A DNA stretch of 63,559 bases, filler included, from Octopus bimaculoides (GCF_001194135.2; 5 parts of 4 records of this genome joined end to end with filler, not necessarily neighbours in it), one strand, 5' to 3'. Positions 11,831 through 25,779 are shown, counted from the first letter of the whole stretch. Notes: generated by a model from the sequence alone, not told the origin. Numbers and translations: made by a program.

Positions 11831-13949
11831 ATATATAAGAGAAAGAAGAATGTGGGTGTTATGCTGAATTTAAGACTAATTCACACAATACAAATGTTTT
11901 GCATTCAGTTTTTTAAATGTTGTTTACATGTTCAGTTCAAATGACGCCAATGAGAAATGTATTCATTAAATGTCTAGGGACAAAAGGTGAAAAGGTGAAC
12001 TGTTTAATTCAGTTCGAGTTTCAAAACCATCGAATTTATAAAAATGTGTGTGTGTGTGTGTGTGTGTGTNNNNNNNNNNNNNNNNNNNNNNNNNNNNNNN
12101 NNNNNNNNNNNNNNNNNNNNNNNNNNNNNNNNNNNNNNNNNNNNNNNNNNNNNNNNNNNNNNNNNNNNNNNNNNNNNNNNNNNNNNNNNNNNNNNNNNNN
12201 NNNNNNNNNNNNNNNNNNNNNNNNNNNNNNNNNNNNNNNNNNNNNNNNNNNNNNNNNNNNNNNNNNNNNNNNNNNNNNNNNNNNNNNNNNNNNNNNNNNN
12301 NNNNNNTTATGAAGTAGATAATCCTTTATTTGAAATTCCGAAACCCCAAAATTCCACCATCCCACCTTTTTTTTTTTTCATATATATCTTTTTAGATGAA
12401 TGAAACACCACAAACTGAAAATTCCTGAAAGTGCCCCCAAAATGTTTTTCAACCCTTTTGCCTATCCTGTGTGTCACATGTGAGATACAGGGCATATTTC
12501 CCTGGTGCCCAAACGCCATATGTATAATGCACACTCCCACTTTTTTCAACTACCCGAGTAATTCAAGACATGAAAAGAAAGCTTTGTATTACTCAGAACG
12601 TGTAAACAAGAACTAAGAACAAGCAAGGGCGTTTAGGACAGACTTATGAAAATGCTTTGGACAAGGAAAGAGTTAAACAAGCGAAGGAGGTCGTAGCTGA
12701 ACATAGAACGGGAGTGCGTAAAAGCTAGTTTCGTGTAATTGCATCATGAAGCTGATGTACTGTTGTGAAAGTCTAACAGGCGCATTTTCTCTTCATGGAA
12801 AACGAACTGTTCCCAAAGTAGAATTGTTAAATGTCGTGCGAAATATCGTGGTCTAGCGCCAAATGTGCATCAAATGATCTTGGTATAAGTATAAGCTGTA
12901 TTATGAAATATAAATGGGTAAGACACAGGTCTCATTCCCAAACTCTCCCATTTTATACATGCCCTTATACCCTCCTTCTACCGAAAAGAAAAAAGAATCT
13001 GAAATCCGAAACATTTCCTAAACTAATTTCAGATTAAAGATTATTACCTGGAATTCTATTCACGTCTAGGATACTTAGCACTTCCCTTTTTCTACTTTCG
13101 TCGTGTGATATGTCATACCATGGAAGCAGAATGGCAAAGGGAACTTGCTGGATGGTCCTTCATAATTACAAGTGAAAGCCTTTGACGAAATTCAGCAGCT
13201 TGTTAGGGCTCACTTAATACCTCCGATAACTTCACACCCAATTCGGAGTTAAACTTAGAAGTGGAAGAACCACAGTTCCCAATAGTCTCAAAAGGTGATA
13301 ATAGTAATAATGACCGAGTAAATCATGGTATTTTCGGGATTTCATTAATTCCACTAGTATTGCTGCGACACCTGAGTCTTCTTTGCAATCGACTATGCCA
13401 TGTGAAGATTTTACTGGCTCCAGAATGATAGGGAACTCAAATTTTTGACAGAGCTCATTTAGCAATATTATTGCCCTCCGTGCTTCTTAGTAGCCTGCTG
13501 CCATTAAGTTTGTAGGATAATGATAGCTTCAGTTACCTAAGACTTCATTGTACTAGTACCGTATAAAATTATATATCTGGGCATCTAAACAGATAGCAAT
13601 GGAAAAATGACAATCTTCGGGGCTAAGGAATGTCGACAGCTAATGAAATGAATTTTCCGATCCAAGACACCTGGTTGAGAGAATTCAATGTCTATAAATA
13701 TCGTCGACATTTTCAACGAGCAGATCAGCAGCCTCTTTACGATGTTGTTTCATGGTCTCTGTTTCTCTTTCAGCTCAGGAACGGATCCATGTGCGAATGC
13801 CCACTCTGAAACTGGGGCTTCTATATCCTAGGATGATGACTCAACTGTTGTGGCAGTAGGGGTATGGAGAAAAGACACAAAGCTAATCATGGAGAGGTCA
13901 AGTAACAAGGAGAATCTTAGACTGTCATATCTTTTTACATTTAGATCAA

Positions 13950-14600
13950 GTTAGATCAAACAGATCGCGGCTGGTAATGCAAAAAAAAAAAAAATCCCCG
14001 CTTCAAAGAATCAAATTGGGGAAGACTGACTGTCGGTCAACATAAAGGATTGTCGTACATCATGTGAGGGGGGTTGAAGCTGTTTCGAAACGAGAAGAAG
14101 CCTGATGCGATTCGATATTTCCAAAGATTGTCGGTCATGTGTGACAAAAAATACATGGATTAAGGAGACTTAAAAGCCAATTTCAACTTTCTGGAACATA
14201 AAAAGAAAGGCATTACGGAGTATGATGTTTCCTGGTAATCATTATATGATTGTTTGAGAGCAAGGAACTCGCTTGTGGCTTCATTAAATTCGAGAATGGG
14301 TTTAGTAAGAGAATGAGTCAAACGTTGCGAAGCTTCGATGACATTAAGACGGTTGTCAGGAAAACATCGTCGAAGAACCACATTTTGTATTCCGTGCCAG
14401 CGAATTTGGTAATGTCGTCAATGACAAGTGAAAATGGGGTAAGCACCAAGGAATCTACTTCTTTGTCGTAGTCCACATTCGAACAAAATTTCATGGTCAC
14501 AGGTAAACAGTTAAAAGCGACGGAAATATGAGCCCAAAACTTGTTGATAAGATTATGGAATCCTATCGGCGGCATATCTCGACATGTAAAGTTTTCTTTT
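13950..14600 (-). mobile_element. Decayed CR1/L2-group LINE reverse-transcriptase fragment
   Basis: VLTPFSLVIDDITK...MWFFDDVFL (resembles LF-L-INDL...LFADD), followed by PILEFNEATSEFLALK (resembles FN-SKT-FL). Confidence 0.45.
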
Positions 14601-15380
14601 CATCCGTTTGTATTAACTATAATAACGAACTCTGTCACATAAATAAGTTTGCTGCATAACCGTCATCTTTGCATTCCCACGGGGCACCGACTGGCAATTG
14701 TGTGAGTAAAAAAAAAAAATATGGTAAGGTTCGAGAAACAAGAATGATGGGTAACAAGATGGCTGCCCTCAGTCATACAGTCAACCATTCTCACCAGCTA
14801 CGTTGTTGAAATAAAAGTATCACAAACATATCAAAGGAGGATGTATTGAATTCGTTGCAAAGGAACGTACGTTTGGGAGTGTGAAAGTGCTGCCTTGCAC
14901 CTTTCATATTTCATTCCCACACTTCGCAAATTATGGTTAATTTTAGCTTTTTGAAATTGATTCACAAAGAATGTTTGGCCAAAAATGATTAAATAATCAA
15001 ACAGAAAGCCGCTTGTAGAAAAATTTTAACGGAAGAAATCAAAAGAGCGTCTGCGCGCGTGTGCATCTGCGTCTGCGAGGAACAGATAATGAGGGAATTA
15101 GAAAATTACAAGAAGTTACTTAAGAAAGAAAGTAAAGATAAACAAAAGAATAAAGAATGAAAAGATTACAAGAGAGTTAGAAAGAGAAAGTGGAGGGGGG
15201 GAAATAAAACGTGCTTGTGGAATGCAAAATGGCAAATGCCTGTCCATGTGTGTATGTGTGCGTGTGTGCGTGTGTGTGTGTGTGAGAGTGTGTGAATGTT
15301 TATAGTCTTGTAATAATGTTTGTATAATAACGTATAAATTATGAAATCACACTAATACTACCCGTTATATTTTTGTTTAG

Positions 15381-15698
15381 GAACGCATTGGTTGTGGGAA
15401 GTAATCTGCATGCTGACTGAGGGCAAAGCAGAACGCTTGCAACTAGAAAAAGAACATTACATGATTGAAAACAGCAGCTCGAAAACATTAGACAACTTGA
15501 AAGAGCCGCGTGTATTAAACGCACACGTTTATATCGAGCAAGTTCCTGAATGCCTTCTTGAAAATAATAAAATAGTCTTGATTTCCCGCAACCCCAAAGA
15601 TACTGCTGTCTCTTGGTATAATCACAATGTTGCTGACGTCGAAACGGATTACACTGGAAAGTTTCCTGCCTTTTACGAATTGTTTAGAGTTGGAAACG
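15381..15698 (+). CDS. Cytosolic sulfotransferase (SULT1-like), first identifiable coding exon (internal)
   Basis: Acceptor ttttgtttAG, donor GTaagt, 318 nt, phase 1 to phase 1. Translates (G)THWLWEVICML...PRVLNAHV...KIVLISRNPKDTAVSWYNH...FRVGN. GTHW is the end of the 5'-PSB loop, PRxLxxH holds the catalytic His, and RNPKDxxVS is the 3'-phosphate-binding Arg/Ser motif. Confidence 0.95.
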
Positions 15699-17214
15699 GT
15701 AAGTAAATAATGTGAATATATGTGTGTATGTGTGTGTATGTGTGTGTATGTGTGTGAGCTCAGCTGGACGAATTGATAGATTTCCCATATTTGGTTAAGT
15801 TTGGATTCAGCGAGGGATTTGTGGAATCTTTAGTGCATTAAATAAAATGTCTTGTATTTTGTTACCGCTCCTTAAGATTTCTGTTTAAGTCCCATCGAAA
15901 CCAACTTTACCTTTCATGTCTCTGATGTATACAAAATAAAATGCCAGTCAAGCATGTGAATGAATTCGTATTATAGCTGTTCATATGCCCTTTGAGAGAT
16001 AGAAACCTCGATGTTTCAAGCAAAACCCTTCCTCAGAGAGAGGGCATATGTTTTTTTTCTTTCTTTTTTATATATATATTTTTGAGAAGTTTTGAAGAAG
16101 ACTATCGATTGTTGAGTTTAAAAGTCTGGCAAAAACTGATGATTCATATTTAGCTTCTAGCACAGAGATTTCGCTTTTAGCGTAACTAATATGCCATATG
16201 TCCAGTCGATCTCGCCATCGTTAATGATAAATGTTTTTATGCTTTGCGTTATCATATTGTTGGTGTTGTTTACTTCCAATCAAGCCTAGTCGAACAAATC
16301 TATAACAAAAGACATTCCAGTCATGGTCATTTCGTATTTTGGATATATACAGGACTACATTGTGTAATATATCCATCATTTCCTTTCTAATGAAAGCGAG
16401 CTGTAATCTGAAAGCTTGCTCAGGCGTTATGAAATATAACCTGGAAAGCCATTAATGACTCAAGCGCTAAAATGTCAGAGATTACCAGCTGATAGTTTGG
16501 TAGTTGTCATGTCACTCGTGTTGCGCTGTTTGTGTACAAAATACATAACCGTGTATACCATTATATTTGTTTTAAGAATATTTTTTTTATATCTTATTCT
16601 ATCGACCTTGATTTCTGTTAGAATTCTGTTAATTTTTGAGGAAATATGAAAAACAAAACACAGCTTATGGTTGCTTATAATCGTTTTTGAGGCCTTGCAA
16701 AGTATCCCATGTGAACGTGGGTGGATTTGCTTACAATTAAGCTGACCTTTCCAAGAATTTCTCATGAGACCAGATCCCTCTCGTGTCTGCACGTAATATC
16801 TGTACTCAGATTACTCAATTATAATAAGTGGCGCATAGTGGTTATAATTCCCTACTGTAAATAGTAACATCAGTTTAAAATTGACGAATATGTCATTAGT
16901 ACCCATGATTTTATTGTATAGCCATGTGTGTCATAGTTGTAGCTGTTGTCTCAAACGTGAAGATGGAGATTTCTGGTTTTTATGTAACCTGGATGATACA
17001 TATTTGTTAAAATATAGTGGAAGTAATCTGAATGACATTCATATCAAGGTACAGAGGAAGTAAATACCTTTTGCTTTCACAAATTGATTACGAAAATGTT
17101 GGACTTCGATCTGCTAAAAACTAGCCAAATTACTCTCAAATCTCATCCTACTTTTTAAAAGAAGAGGAGACTACTTTAGATCTCTCTCTCTATAAAAAAA
17201 AACCTTACTCCTAA

Positions 17215-17473
17215 AATTAGCATGTAAGTGGCTGAGTACTCCACAGATAGGCGTACCCTTAACCTAGTTCTCAGGGAGGTTCAGCATGACACAGAGTGTG
17301 ACTAGGCTGGTCCTTTGAATTACAGGTACAACTCAATTTTGATAGCTGGATGGACTAGAGCAACGTGAATTAAAGTGTCGTGGTCAAGGACACAACGCAC
17401 CGTCGGGAATCAAACTCACGACCTTATGATCGTCAGCCGAATATCCCCCAACCACTAAGCCATACGCCTTCTC
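17215..17473 (-). mobile_element. SINE family C (tRNA head plus gtctgtggagtactcagccacttg module)
   Basis: Reverse complement matches the 60525-60829 copy. Confidence 0.8.
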
Positions 17474-17849
17474 AATATAAGAGAGGTACTCACAGCTGGA
17501 ATGAGTTTGATTATACGTCTCTTTGGTCAGCAAAATGTATGTTACAAAAAATAAATTCATATCTTTTCTGAATGATAAAAGTGATTCCTTAGAAGTTCGT
17601 TTGGAATCTAAATTTAATCTCAATCACTGTACCACAACCGAAGAACAGACACGAAATGGATAAAATTAAGGGAAAAAATCATTAGCATATTAAGACAGTT
17701 TAATGCCTAAAATCATAACAAATATGAACTTGTGGAAAACTATCTAACTTTGAGTCTTAATAACAAAAATTATCCATATGATAAATTGAATGAAGGCACA
17801 ATCAACATGAATATACGCTCCAACGAATCATCGCTAATAATCAAACATA

Positions 17850-18280
17850 TTAAGGCAGCGAGCTGGCAGAATCGTCAGCACACCGGGAAAAATGCTTAGC
17901 GACATTTGGTCTGTCTTGACATTCTAAGTTCAAATTCCGCCGAAGTCGACTTTGCCTTTCATCCCTTCGAACTCGTTGAGCACTAGGGTCGATATAATCA
18001 TACCCTCTCCCCCGAAATTTCTGTCCTTGTGCCAAATTTTGAAATCAATATTTAAACATATTAAGGCGGTAAGCTTGTAGAATCGTTAGCACACCGAGCA
18101 AAATGCTTAGCGGCATTTCGTCTGTCTACATGTTCTGAGTTCAAATTCCGCCGAAGTCGACTTTGACTTTCATCCCTTCGGGCTCGATAAAATCAGTAAA
18201 AGTTGAGTTCTGGGGTCGATGTAATCGTTTTATGCCATCCCCCGAACTTGTTGTCCTTGTACCAAAATTTGAAACCAATA
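17850..18280 (+). mobile_element. Two tandem SINE family A copies
   Basis: Heads taaggcagcgagctggcag at about 17851 and taaggcggtaagcttg at about 18062. Confidence 0.85.
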
Positions 18281-18459
18281 GTTAAGCATATTGATAAGCA
18301 GATCTCCAATCTATCATCAGCTAAGAATATTTTCGACAATGTTGGCCCATGTTACAAAATTATATAGTTCAATCCACCATGTATTATAACCATATGTATC
18401 TAGGTACTTCTTAACCTTGATAAATATTCACTCTTACATCCTCCAAACGTCACAACATC

Positions 18460-18835
18460 GATTAGACTGACCCCAGTATGCAAATGGTACTTAATCTATC
18501 TACCCCGAAAGGATGAAAGGCAAAGTCGACCTCGGCGGAATTTGAACTCAGAACATAAAGACAGACGAAATACCGCTAAGCATTTCGCCCAGCATACTAA
18601 CGTTTCTTATTTCTTTATTGCCCACAAGGGGCTAAACATAGAGGGGACAAACAAGGACAGACAAAGGGATTAAGTCGATTACATCGATCCCAGTGCGTAA
18701 CTGGTACTTAATTTATCGACGCCGAAAAGATGAAAGGCAAAGTCGACCTCAGCGGAATTTTAACTCAGAACGTAACGGCAGACGAAATACCGTTAAGCAA
18801 GCCCAGCAAGCTAACGTTTCTGCCAGCTCACCGTC
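18460..18835 (-). mobile_element. Two SINE family A copies on the minus strand
   Basis: ccccgaaaggatgaaaggcaaagtcgacctcggcggaatttgaactcagaac occurs twice. Confidence 0.85.
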
Positions 18836-19354
18836 TTATCAGTGACAAAATATTGACTCTGCTCTGTCATGTTTTACTTTGAAGAAAGGAAACTACTTTT
18901 TGTTGATACACCAAGAAATTCAGGTGGCGAACTTTTAGGCATATTTCCCCTCCAAGTTCAAGTCAGCAAACTGCGTCCCACCTATGGCACAGCATCCCGG
19001 ATTCTTGGCATATCCCCGACTCACACCCATCATCACTGATGCTCCTCCACAACTCGCCCAAACCACTATGACACCCTTTCTTTTCTAACTTTCTTTCCTT
19101 CACTTTATCTTTTCTTTTCTTCTTCTTTTCTTTCCTCTTCTTGTACCATCGACCCGTTTTTATCCAGTTCTCTCGTAACTAATCGATACTGTATATACCT
19201 TAAAGGATACTGGACTGTTTAAAATCTGTCGGAATATGTAGGAGCTCTCCTTACTATGTAGTGGCTATTCTGAATGTATAGCTGTGTTACCTCTCGCGTA
19301 TTATATCTCAAAAACTTATGAACATTGATACAAATGTTGGTATCAAATGGGTTC

Positions 19355-19565
19355 AAATTATGACACAAGGCCAGCAATTTTAGGGGTGGAGTTAAGCCCA
19401 TTACTTAGATTCCAGTGTTTATCTGGTACTTATTTCATTGACTCCCGAAAGGATGAAAGGCAAAGTTGACCACGACAGCTTTTGAGCTCAGAACATAAAG
19501 ACAGACGAAATGCCGCTAAGCATTTTGTCCGGCGTGGTAACGATTCTGCCAAGCTCGCCGCTTTA
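19355..19565 (-). mobile_element. SINE family A
   Basis: Full-length reverse copy ending gccaagctcgccgctttaa. Confidence 0.85.
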
Positions 19566-20778
19566 ATTTGATGCAAATATTAAACAGTACAGTTTTTTGA
19601 CAGGATCCGAAGAACATGAGAATATTCCATCGCTTGCAGTTTAACTGGACTTTATATTATGCTTTTGAAATTTATACCGGAAATTATTTATAAACCTGCT
19701 TTTTGATTATTTAATTGCTTGACTCAAAACCAATATGGCGTCAGTGCTTTTAATTTGGCTGCGATGTATGTTCTAGAGCATGGTCTTTGTATCTTCGTAT
19801 ATGATTTCAATAATTAGATAACAAGCCACAGCAGACCGCTCTGTAAAGCAAATTCGTGATACTGTATATATGAATGAGACGAGATTCTAATGTATACATT
19901 TTATGTATCTTTACATTCATATTACATGTGTGTGCGTGTGCGCGTGAGAGAGAGAGAGTGCGCGTGTGTGTACGTATGAGTGTGCGTGTAAAGCATGCAT
20001 CGTTAGTTCGTGGACATTTCAATACAAATATAATGAACACAGGCAGCTATATATATTATACATAAATAATGCAATGATACGAATTACCAAACCTTCTGCA
20101 GATAATTCGATAATCTATATACCATTAACAGTTTTCCGAATTACCTAAATCCCAAACTAACGACGTAGTTTATTGTGTTTTACTTGTTGCATCTTGTGTT
20201 TTGCATTTCTACCGGGCTATGTGAAAGAGGCAGTGTTGTATGTTATGGGTAAGTCACGAACAGTCTATAAGTGCAGCGGAAAACTCACGAGAAGATCACT
20301 GAATAAAACAACCCTTCTGTCGCTTTAAATTTGACTGAACCAGCGTTTAATCATGATATTTGCATCATTCTGATCTGCCAGCTTCAACCATATTTTATAA
20401 GCTGCGAGTAAAACCTACGAACATTGAACGTAGAACTCTTAGAAATAGCAATGGGCTTGTACACTTTCTCTATCTCTTTCCTATATTGCTTAAATTGTCA
20501 ATTACGTTTAATTGGAGGAGCTTGAAATTTTGTGTCAAATTCCTGTTATGATATCCAGTACTTCGTAATTCGCCTCGCTTTATGCATAAAAGGAAGGTTC
20601 TCGTATTAATATTCATAATGTTGTGATAAAACGAGATCAAATCGATATTTGTACTGTCTTTCGTTAATATAGTCTGTTCTCATCTAAGGTGGAAGTCCAG
20701 CATGGCGGACTGGACATAGTAATTTATTCTTTGATGTATCTTGAATTAACTACTTTAATCAATTGCTTTCAAATCTTC

Positions 20779-20836
<58 letters not shown>

Positions 20837-20947
20837 TCATACCTACACACATATACATATACATATATACATACACACATATATATACATATACATATAT
20901 GTATATATATGTACATATACACATACATGCATACATACATATATGTA

Positions 20948-21001
<54 letters not shown>

Positions 21002-21289
21002 NNNNNNNNNNNNNNNNNNNNNNNNNNNNNNNNNNNNNNNNNNNNNNNNNNNNNNNNNNNNNNNNNNNNNNNNNNNNNNNNNNNNNNNNNNNNNNNNNNN
21101 NNNNNNNNNNNNNNNNNNNNNNNNNNNNNNNNNNNNNNNNNNNNNNNNNNNNNNNNNNNNNNNNNNNNNNNNNNNNNNNNNNNNNNNNNNNNNNNNNNNN
21201 NNNNNNNNNNNNNNNNNNNNNNNNNNNNNNNNNNNNNNNNNNNNNNNNNNNNNNNNNNNNNNNNNNNNNNNNNNNNNNNNNNNATATAT

Positions 21290-21425
21290 ATACATCGACA
21301 CCGGGATATGGATGCTGAAATGCCAAAGAAAATAAGGGCAGGATGGAAGGTATTTAACTCAATAAAGGATGTGCCCCAAAACCAGCAAGACAATACCATT
21401 AGTGCCAGAGTCTTTAATAGCAGCA
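21290..21425 (+). mobile_element. RTE-clade LINE fragment
   Basis: HRDMDAEMPKKIRAGWKVFNSIKDV...ISARVFNSSI; similar fragment at 50800-50915. Confidence 0.65.
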
Positions 21426-21546
21426 TCCGCTTGGCGGCTGAAGTTTCACCGAACGTGGAAGGTTCGCTCTTTTGGGGGAGATTTGCCACTCCATTAGTGT
21501 GATGGAGAAACCAACATTTCCCGACACGCAAATTTCCTTCTAGAAT

Positions 21547-22330
21547 ATGGAATCAAGACTGAAGAAAGGCTACGCCCCACTATCTGGATTTTACGAGGAG
21601 GCTCTCCGTTGTGGAGAGAGAGAAGAAGAGAACACGGTTGTTACGAAAGAAAATACAATTATTTCAAGTACTAACGCCCCCAATACCAGTCGCTCTAATG
21701 ATAAATACCTGAAAACCATGAATAGTGAAAGTCGCGGCCTCGTGTCGGCGGCAAAAGTTAATCAAGAGAAGCTAAACCTTAGTATGGAAGAATTGAAAAA
21801 ATACGAAGGCCTACAACAATGTCAGTCTAAACCCCCCCCCCCATGAAATCACGCAACACACTTTGTGCAAAACGATCACATACAAAACTCTCTCTTTAAA
21901 AACATGAAAATAGAACACGCCTCAAAGAACTAATCGAATAATGCCTACAGCGCATATCGGGAAGGACCTATGTGGAAAGGAAGCTAAAGAACATTCCTCA
22001 GTGACACTAAAAACCACCGAACTAGTGCTACTACCAACTTATTTAGGAAGACGAACATCAAAAATAAAAATTGGGAAGGTGCCCCCAGAGATAGACGTCG
22101 TATGGATAGTGGTGGCTGTCCCGCTGGACCTGGAAAGTAACATAAATATCCTACAAGTTACCAAACTCCACAAACAAAACTGAAGGGGTCAAGGCATAGA
22201 ATTAATAATTCAAGCCACACAACAAGATCTTGAATCGCAACCCGACTAATCAAGCTTCCAGATGGAATAACTATGTTACAAATGTGGGGAAGAAGGTGCA
22301 TATCAAGGTCACCTGCTCAAGGGGAATCCA
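21547..22330 (+). mobile_element. Decayed LINE ORF1 (gag-like, CCHC zinc knuckle; Tx1/L1-like)
   Basis: PTYLGRRTSKIKIGKVPPEIDVVWIVVAV...GQGIELIIQATQQDLES...IKLPDG, then C-Y-K-C-G-E-E-G-H-I-K-V-T-C (22274-22316) after removing one extra G. Confidence 0.65.
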
Positions 22331-23552
22331 CAGTAATGATCCAAAATACCCACATACCCAAAAATTTTATTTAGGTAAGTGCAAAACACTGTTGGGCGTT
22401 TTACACACTCATTTTGAAATCAGTATTTAGTTTATTTGGGAGAGCCACAGTCTGTTTTCTCTATATGTAACGGGTTATGCATCGACAAGGTGGAAATAAA
22501 GTGAGAATATGCTCTGCTAGAATTAAAAGCCGATCACCAGCTGTCTTCCCTGATACTAGAGCTATACTCTAAGTCGCGGGATAAATATGAAAATAAATGA
22601 TAGTAAAGCGAAAATGGATTACCTTCTCTGCTCTACTTCAGAATATATTGTCTTTGCAAAAAAAAAAAACACACTTATAATAAATCTATTTATTGAATAT
22701 TAATTCCAAGATACATTCAACGTTGCGAGCGTCTTGGAGTCAAGAGAAAAGACTTGTTGTGCTTAGTCCCTGTGCAAATTTCATTTCTTACTGTATACAA
22801 ACTCACTCCAGTTACGCCGCTAAAAGCTTTTGTTAGCTGTAGATTTGTACAGTGTTATCTAAATATAGTCGCAATACAAGTAAACCTTTACGCTCAGAAG
22901 TTTTAACTGCCAGGCCAAGAAATTATATCGAACTAACAGTCACCTTAAATAGAATCAAACATGTACAAGTGACAAACTGCATGCAATAATATTAGCAAAA
23001 CAGTTACATCTCTCGGAAACAAATCCCTTTCGCTATTCGAGTAATGCATCTTACATCATTTCTTATAATTGTTCCTGAGTCAGCTACCAAATTAAGTTCT
23101 TTATAGAGTCTGGACTGTCATTCAACAGCGCAGAGGAGAGGTGTGTGATTCTGTATTCTGTTCACTATCAGATATAAAAGACAGTTATTTGTGACTTCGT
23201 TTGTTTGATCTGAAGGAGCTAATATACACTAAAGAATCACAATTGTATTACCTCTTATTTGATATATAAATCTAGTTCGTTGCGATCCACCATTTCTTCT
23301 ATATCGAAACTAAAGTGAAACTAGTGTCATAAAACATTCGCATTGGTGACTGTATGTGTCTACCCATTTAAGCAAATGTACTAAGAAGTCTCCTGAGTAA
23401 AGGCTTGTCCAACAACTCAAAAGTATACCTCAATAGAAGTTATGCCTGAGTTTTGCTTTGACGAATTGTTTTAACGAGTATTGTGAATAGTCTCTAAATA
23501 GACTCTGAATAACTCTTTTCTCTCACCAATTTCCATTAATATGACAAATTGA

Positions 23553-23700
23553 GGCGATGAGCTGGCAGAATATTTAGCACATGTTCTTAGCTCAAATGTC
23601 GCTGAGGTCGACTTTGCCTTTCATCCTTTCAGAGAAGATAAAATAAGTACCAGTTGAACACTGGGGGCCAATGTAATCGACTTATTCATTCCCTTAAAAT
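23553..23700 (+). mobile_element. SINE family A, internally deleted
   Basis: gaggcgatgagctggcag...gaggtcgactttgcctttcatcc. Confidence 0.8.
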
Positions 23701-25434
23701 TACTATGACAAATTTTCCTAAAATTTTGATGCGTCATATATCAAATTGTTTTCATTATGGGTCACATGTTATCAATTTTACTTTATTTAAAATCATCCAG
23801 AAGTTCTGGAGCCTTATAATTAATTACCGGAATGTTGATGCCAATTTGCATTTTAAGGAAGAAATTGAATTTCACACTGACCATTGCATTCTTTTTTGCT
23901 TTTATGAGAATTTAAAATTTTACAGAATTTTCCTTTATAATTTCATCAAACATTTTTTATAGATTTACATACTATTTTATTGTAATTCTTTTCCAATACT
24001 TAACGCAAGTTCTAAATGCGTGACATATTGATGTCGCATGTTTATATTCACAAAAGTGTAATTTTATATTAAGGGATGAGATAAAAATTTACATGCCCCC
24101 TGAAAATTATTCTTTTTCCTCACATAATACGAATTTAAACAATAGCAACATTTGGAATTGAACTTATACTTGTCTTTTTATCAATATGTGACAATGTTAT
24201 CATCCATCACACTTAATACGAAGTTCAACAGCAGTGACGTTTATAATCAGATTTGTCTTTGTTTAGTTTTACTTTTTTATCAATATGTGACAGAGGCATC
24301 ATCAATATCATTCTCACTATCTTTCTTTCTGTTTCAGTCATCTGAAATTTAGAAATCATTTCAAACTGCCGAACGAATTCAATACAAACATTAAGCTTCG
24401 GACGACTGTTTTATACATATTCTATTGAGATTGCATGCCGTCCAAGAATCTCATTTTAATCACATCGTCTTTATATATTCTGTCATATATTTCAAATTTT
24501 ATCAAATTAGAAAAAAACGAGCAGACTCACGTAATCTCCGAAAATGTTTTTTTTTTAAATTAGTCAAATTTTAATGTAATAAGAATCTGATACTTTCAAC
24601 AATTATCAATCACTTTAGGGGAAGAATTTGATAACTTTATAACGGCTCTTATACAGCTAAAATCCATTTGTTTTAAGTTCCAGGGATTTCATCATCGCCT
24701 AAGCTTTTAGTATATTCACCATACCTAGTTTAGATGAAAAAAACCTGTTGTTTGTTGTTATCATTAGTGTCCAGATAGTTCGTTCTTGCTAACCGTAAAA
24801 ATCACAGCCAAGCATGTCGTATCTATATCATCGAATAAAATATCATTGGTTTTAACCACTGACCCCATTGTGTTGTTAATAGTCGTATACTGTCCTTGAC
24901 ATTTTAAAAATGTCTGTTTTTCTGGTGATAATCCAAGCTGTTACATTAACAAGATGCTACTTTAAATAGACCAAATTATGTACAACCTGAAAATTCATGG
25001 AATAATGTGAAAAGTACATTACGGTAACAAAAGCAAATAGTCAAACAGTGTGGATTTGTGTCAATATGGGAAATCAATATTCACATACGATAAATAAGAC
25101 AGTGATTTTTAGAGTGGCAAATACTTTAGTATGCTGGAGAATATCTTTTTGAATATATAGCTCTTGTGCAGACATCGCTGTGTGGCTTCGCTACTATTCC
25201 TGCATGATATTTTGGTAAAGTGTCTTCTACCATTGGTTGAGGTAGACAATGAATGAAATGTTGGAGACGGAAACGGTATGAAAGCCTATTGAAGAGACCA
25301 CTCCTGTTCTTGACTAGGAAACCTGGCAGAATTCTGGAACAGCTATCACTGCTTCAATGGGAAAAGAAAGGGCAAGCTATTGGTTGTTTTTGCTTTCATT
25401 TTTTCTTTGTTTTTCTGTATTTCTGTGTTTCATA

Positions 25435-25730
25435 TTACGATTCCCAAAGAGTTTTTTTCCCCAAAACTTTCAATTTTTTTACATTTTGCTCCCGAATTCC
25501 GTGCCTTTTTCCTTCCACATGATGAAGTGAAAGCTTTCCCAAAACTTCGCTGTAAACTTTGTACATTTCCCTGTTCAACACAGCCATCTGGTCGCAGGGT
25601 GCCGTTAGCTGAGTCCCCTCTGGTTGAAGAATAAAGATCAGATCTGTAGCTTGACGATAAGCTCCTCCCTTCCTCACACTGTAACACAGAATGCTAAAAA
25701 GGTCATGTTGATATTTATCCTCTGGCAAAA
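25435..25730 (-). mobile_element. Possible pogo/Tigger transposase remnant
   Basis: LIFILQPEGTQLTAPCDQMAVLNREMYKVYSEVL loosely resembles the DDE_1 motif LP-NTT--LQP-D-----K--Y. Confidence 0.3.
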
Positions 25731-25779
25731 CTATTAAAAGTTGGGACTATTTATTGACAAAACATTACTTTTCTTTCAG

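Noticed and set aside
12620-12730. HTH_psq/pogo N-terminus (YENALDKERVKQAKEVVAEHRTGVRKS)
   Set aside because: Similarity is too weak to support without a profile search.
13150-13200. Plus-strand KAFD reverse-transcriptase motif
   Set aside because: An isolated tetrapeptide with no flanking RT motifs in frame.
14670-14708. AFPRGTDWQL followed by a GTGAGT donor as SULT exon 1
   Set aside because: It lacks the Ser/Ala of the loop, would duplicate the GTHW already in the next exon, and has no supporting upstream frame.
24174-24292. 19-bp direct repeat 100 bp apart as the TSD of a small insertion
   Set aside because: AT-rich, with no element features between the repeats; likely an old local duplication.
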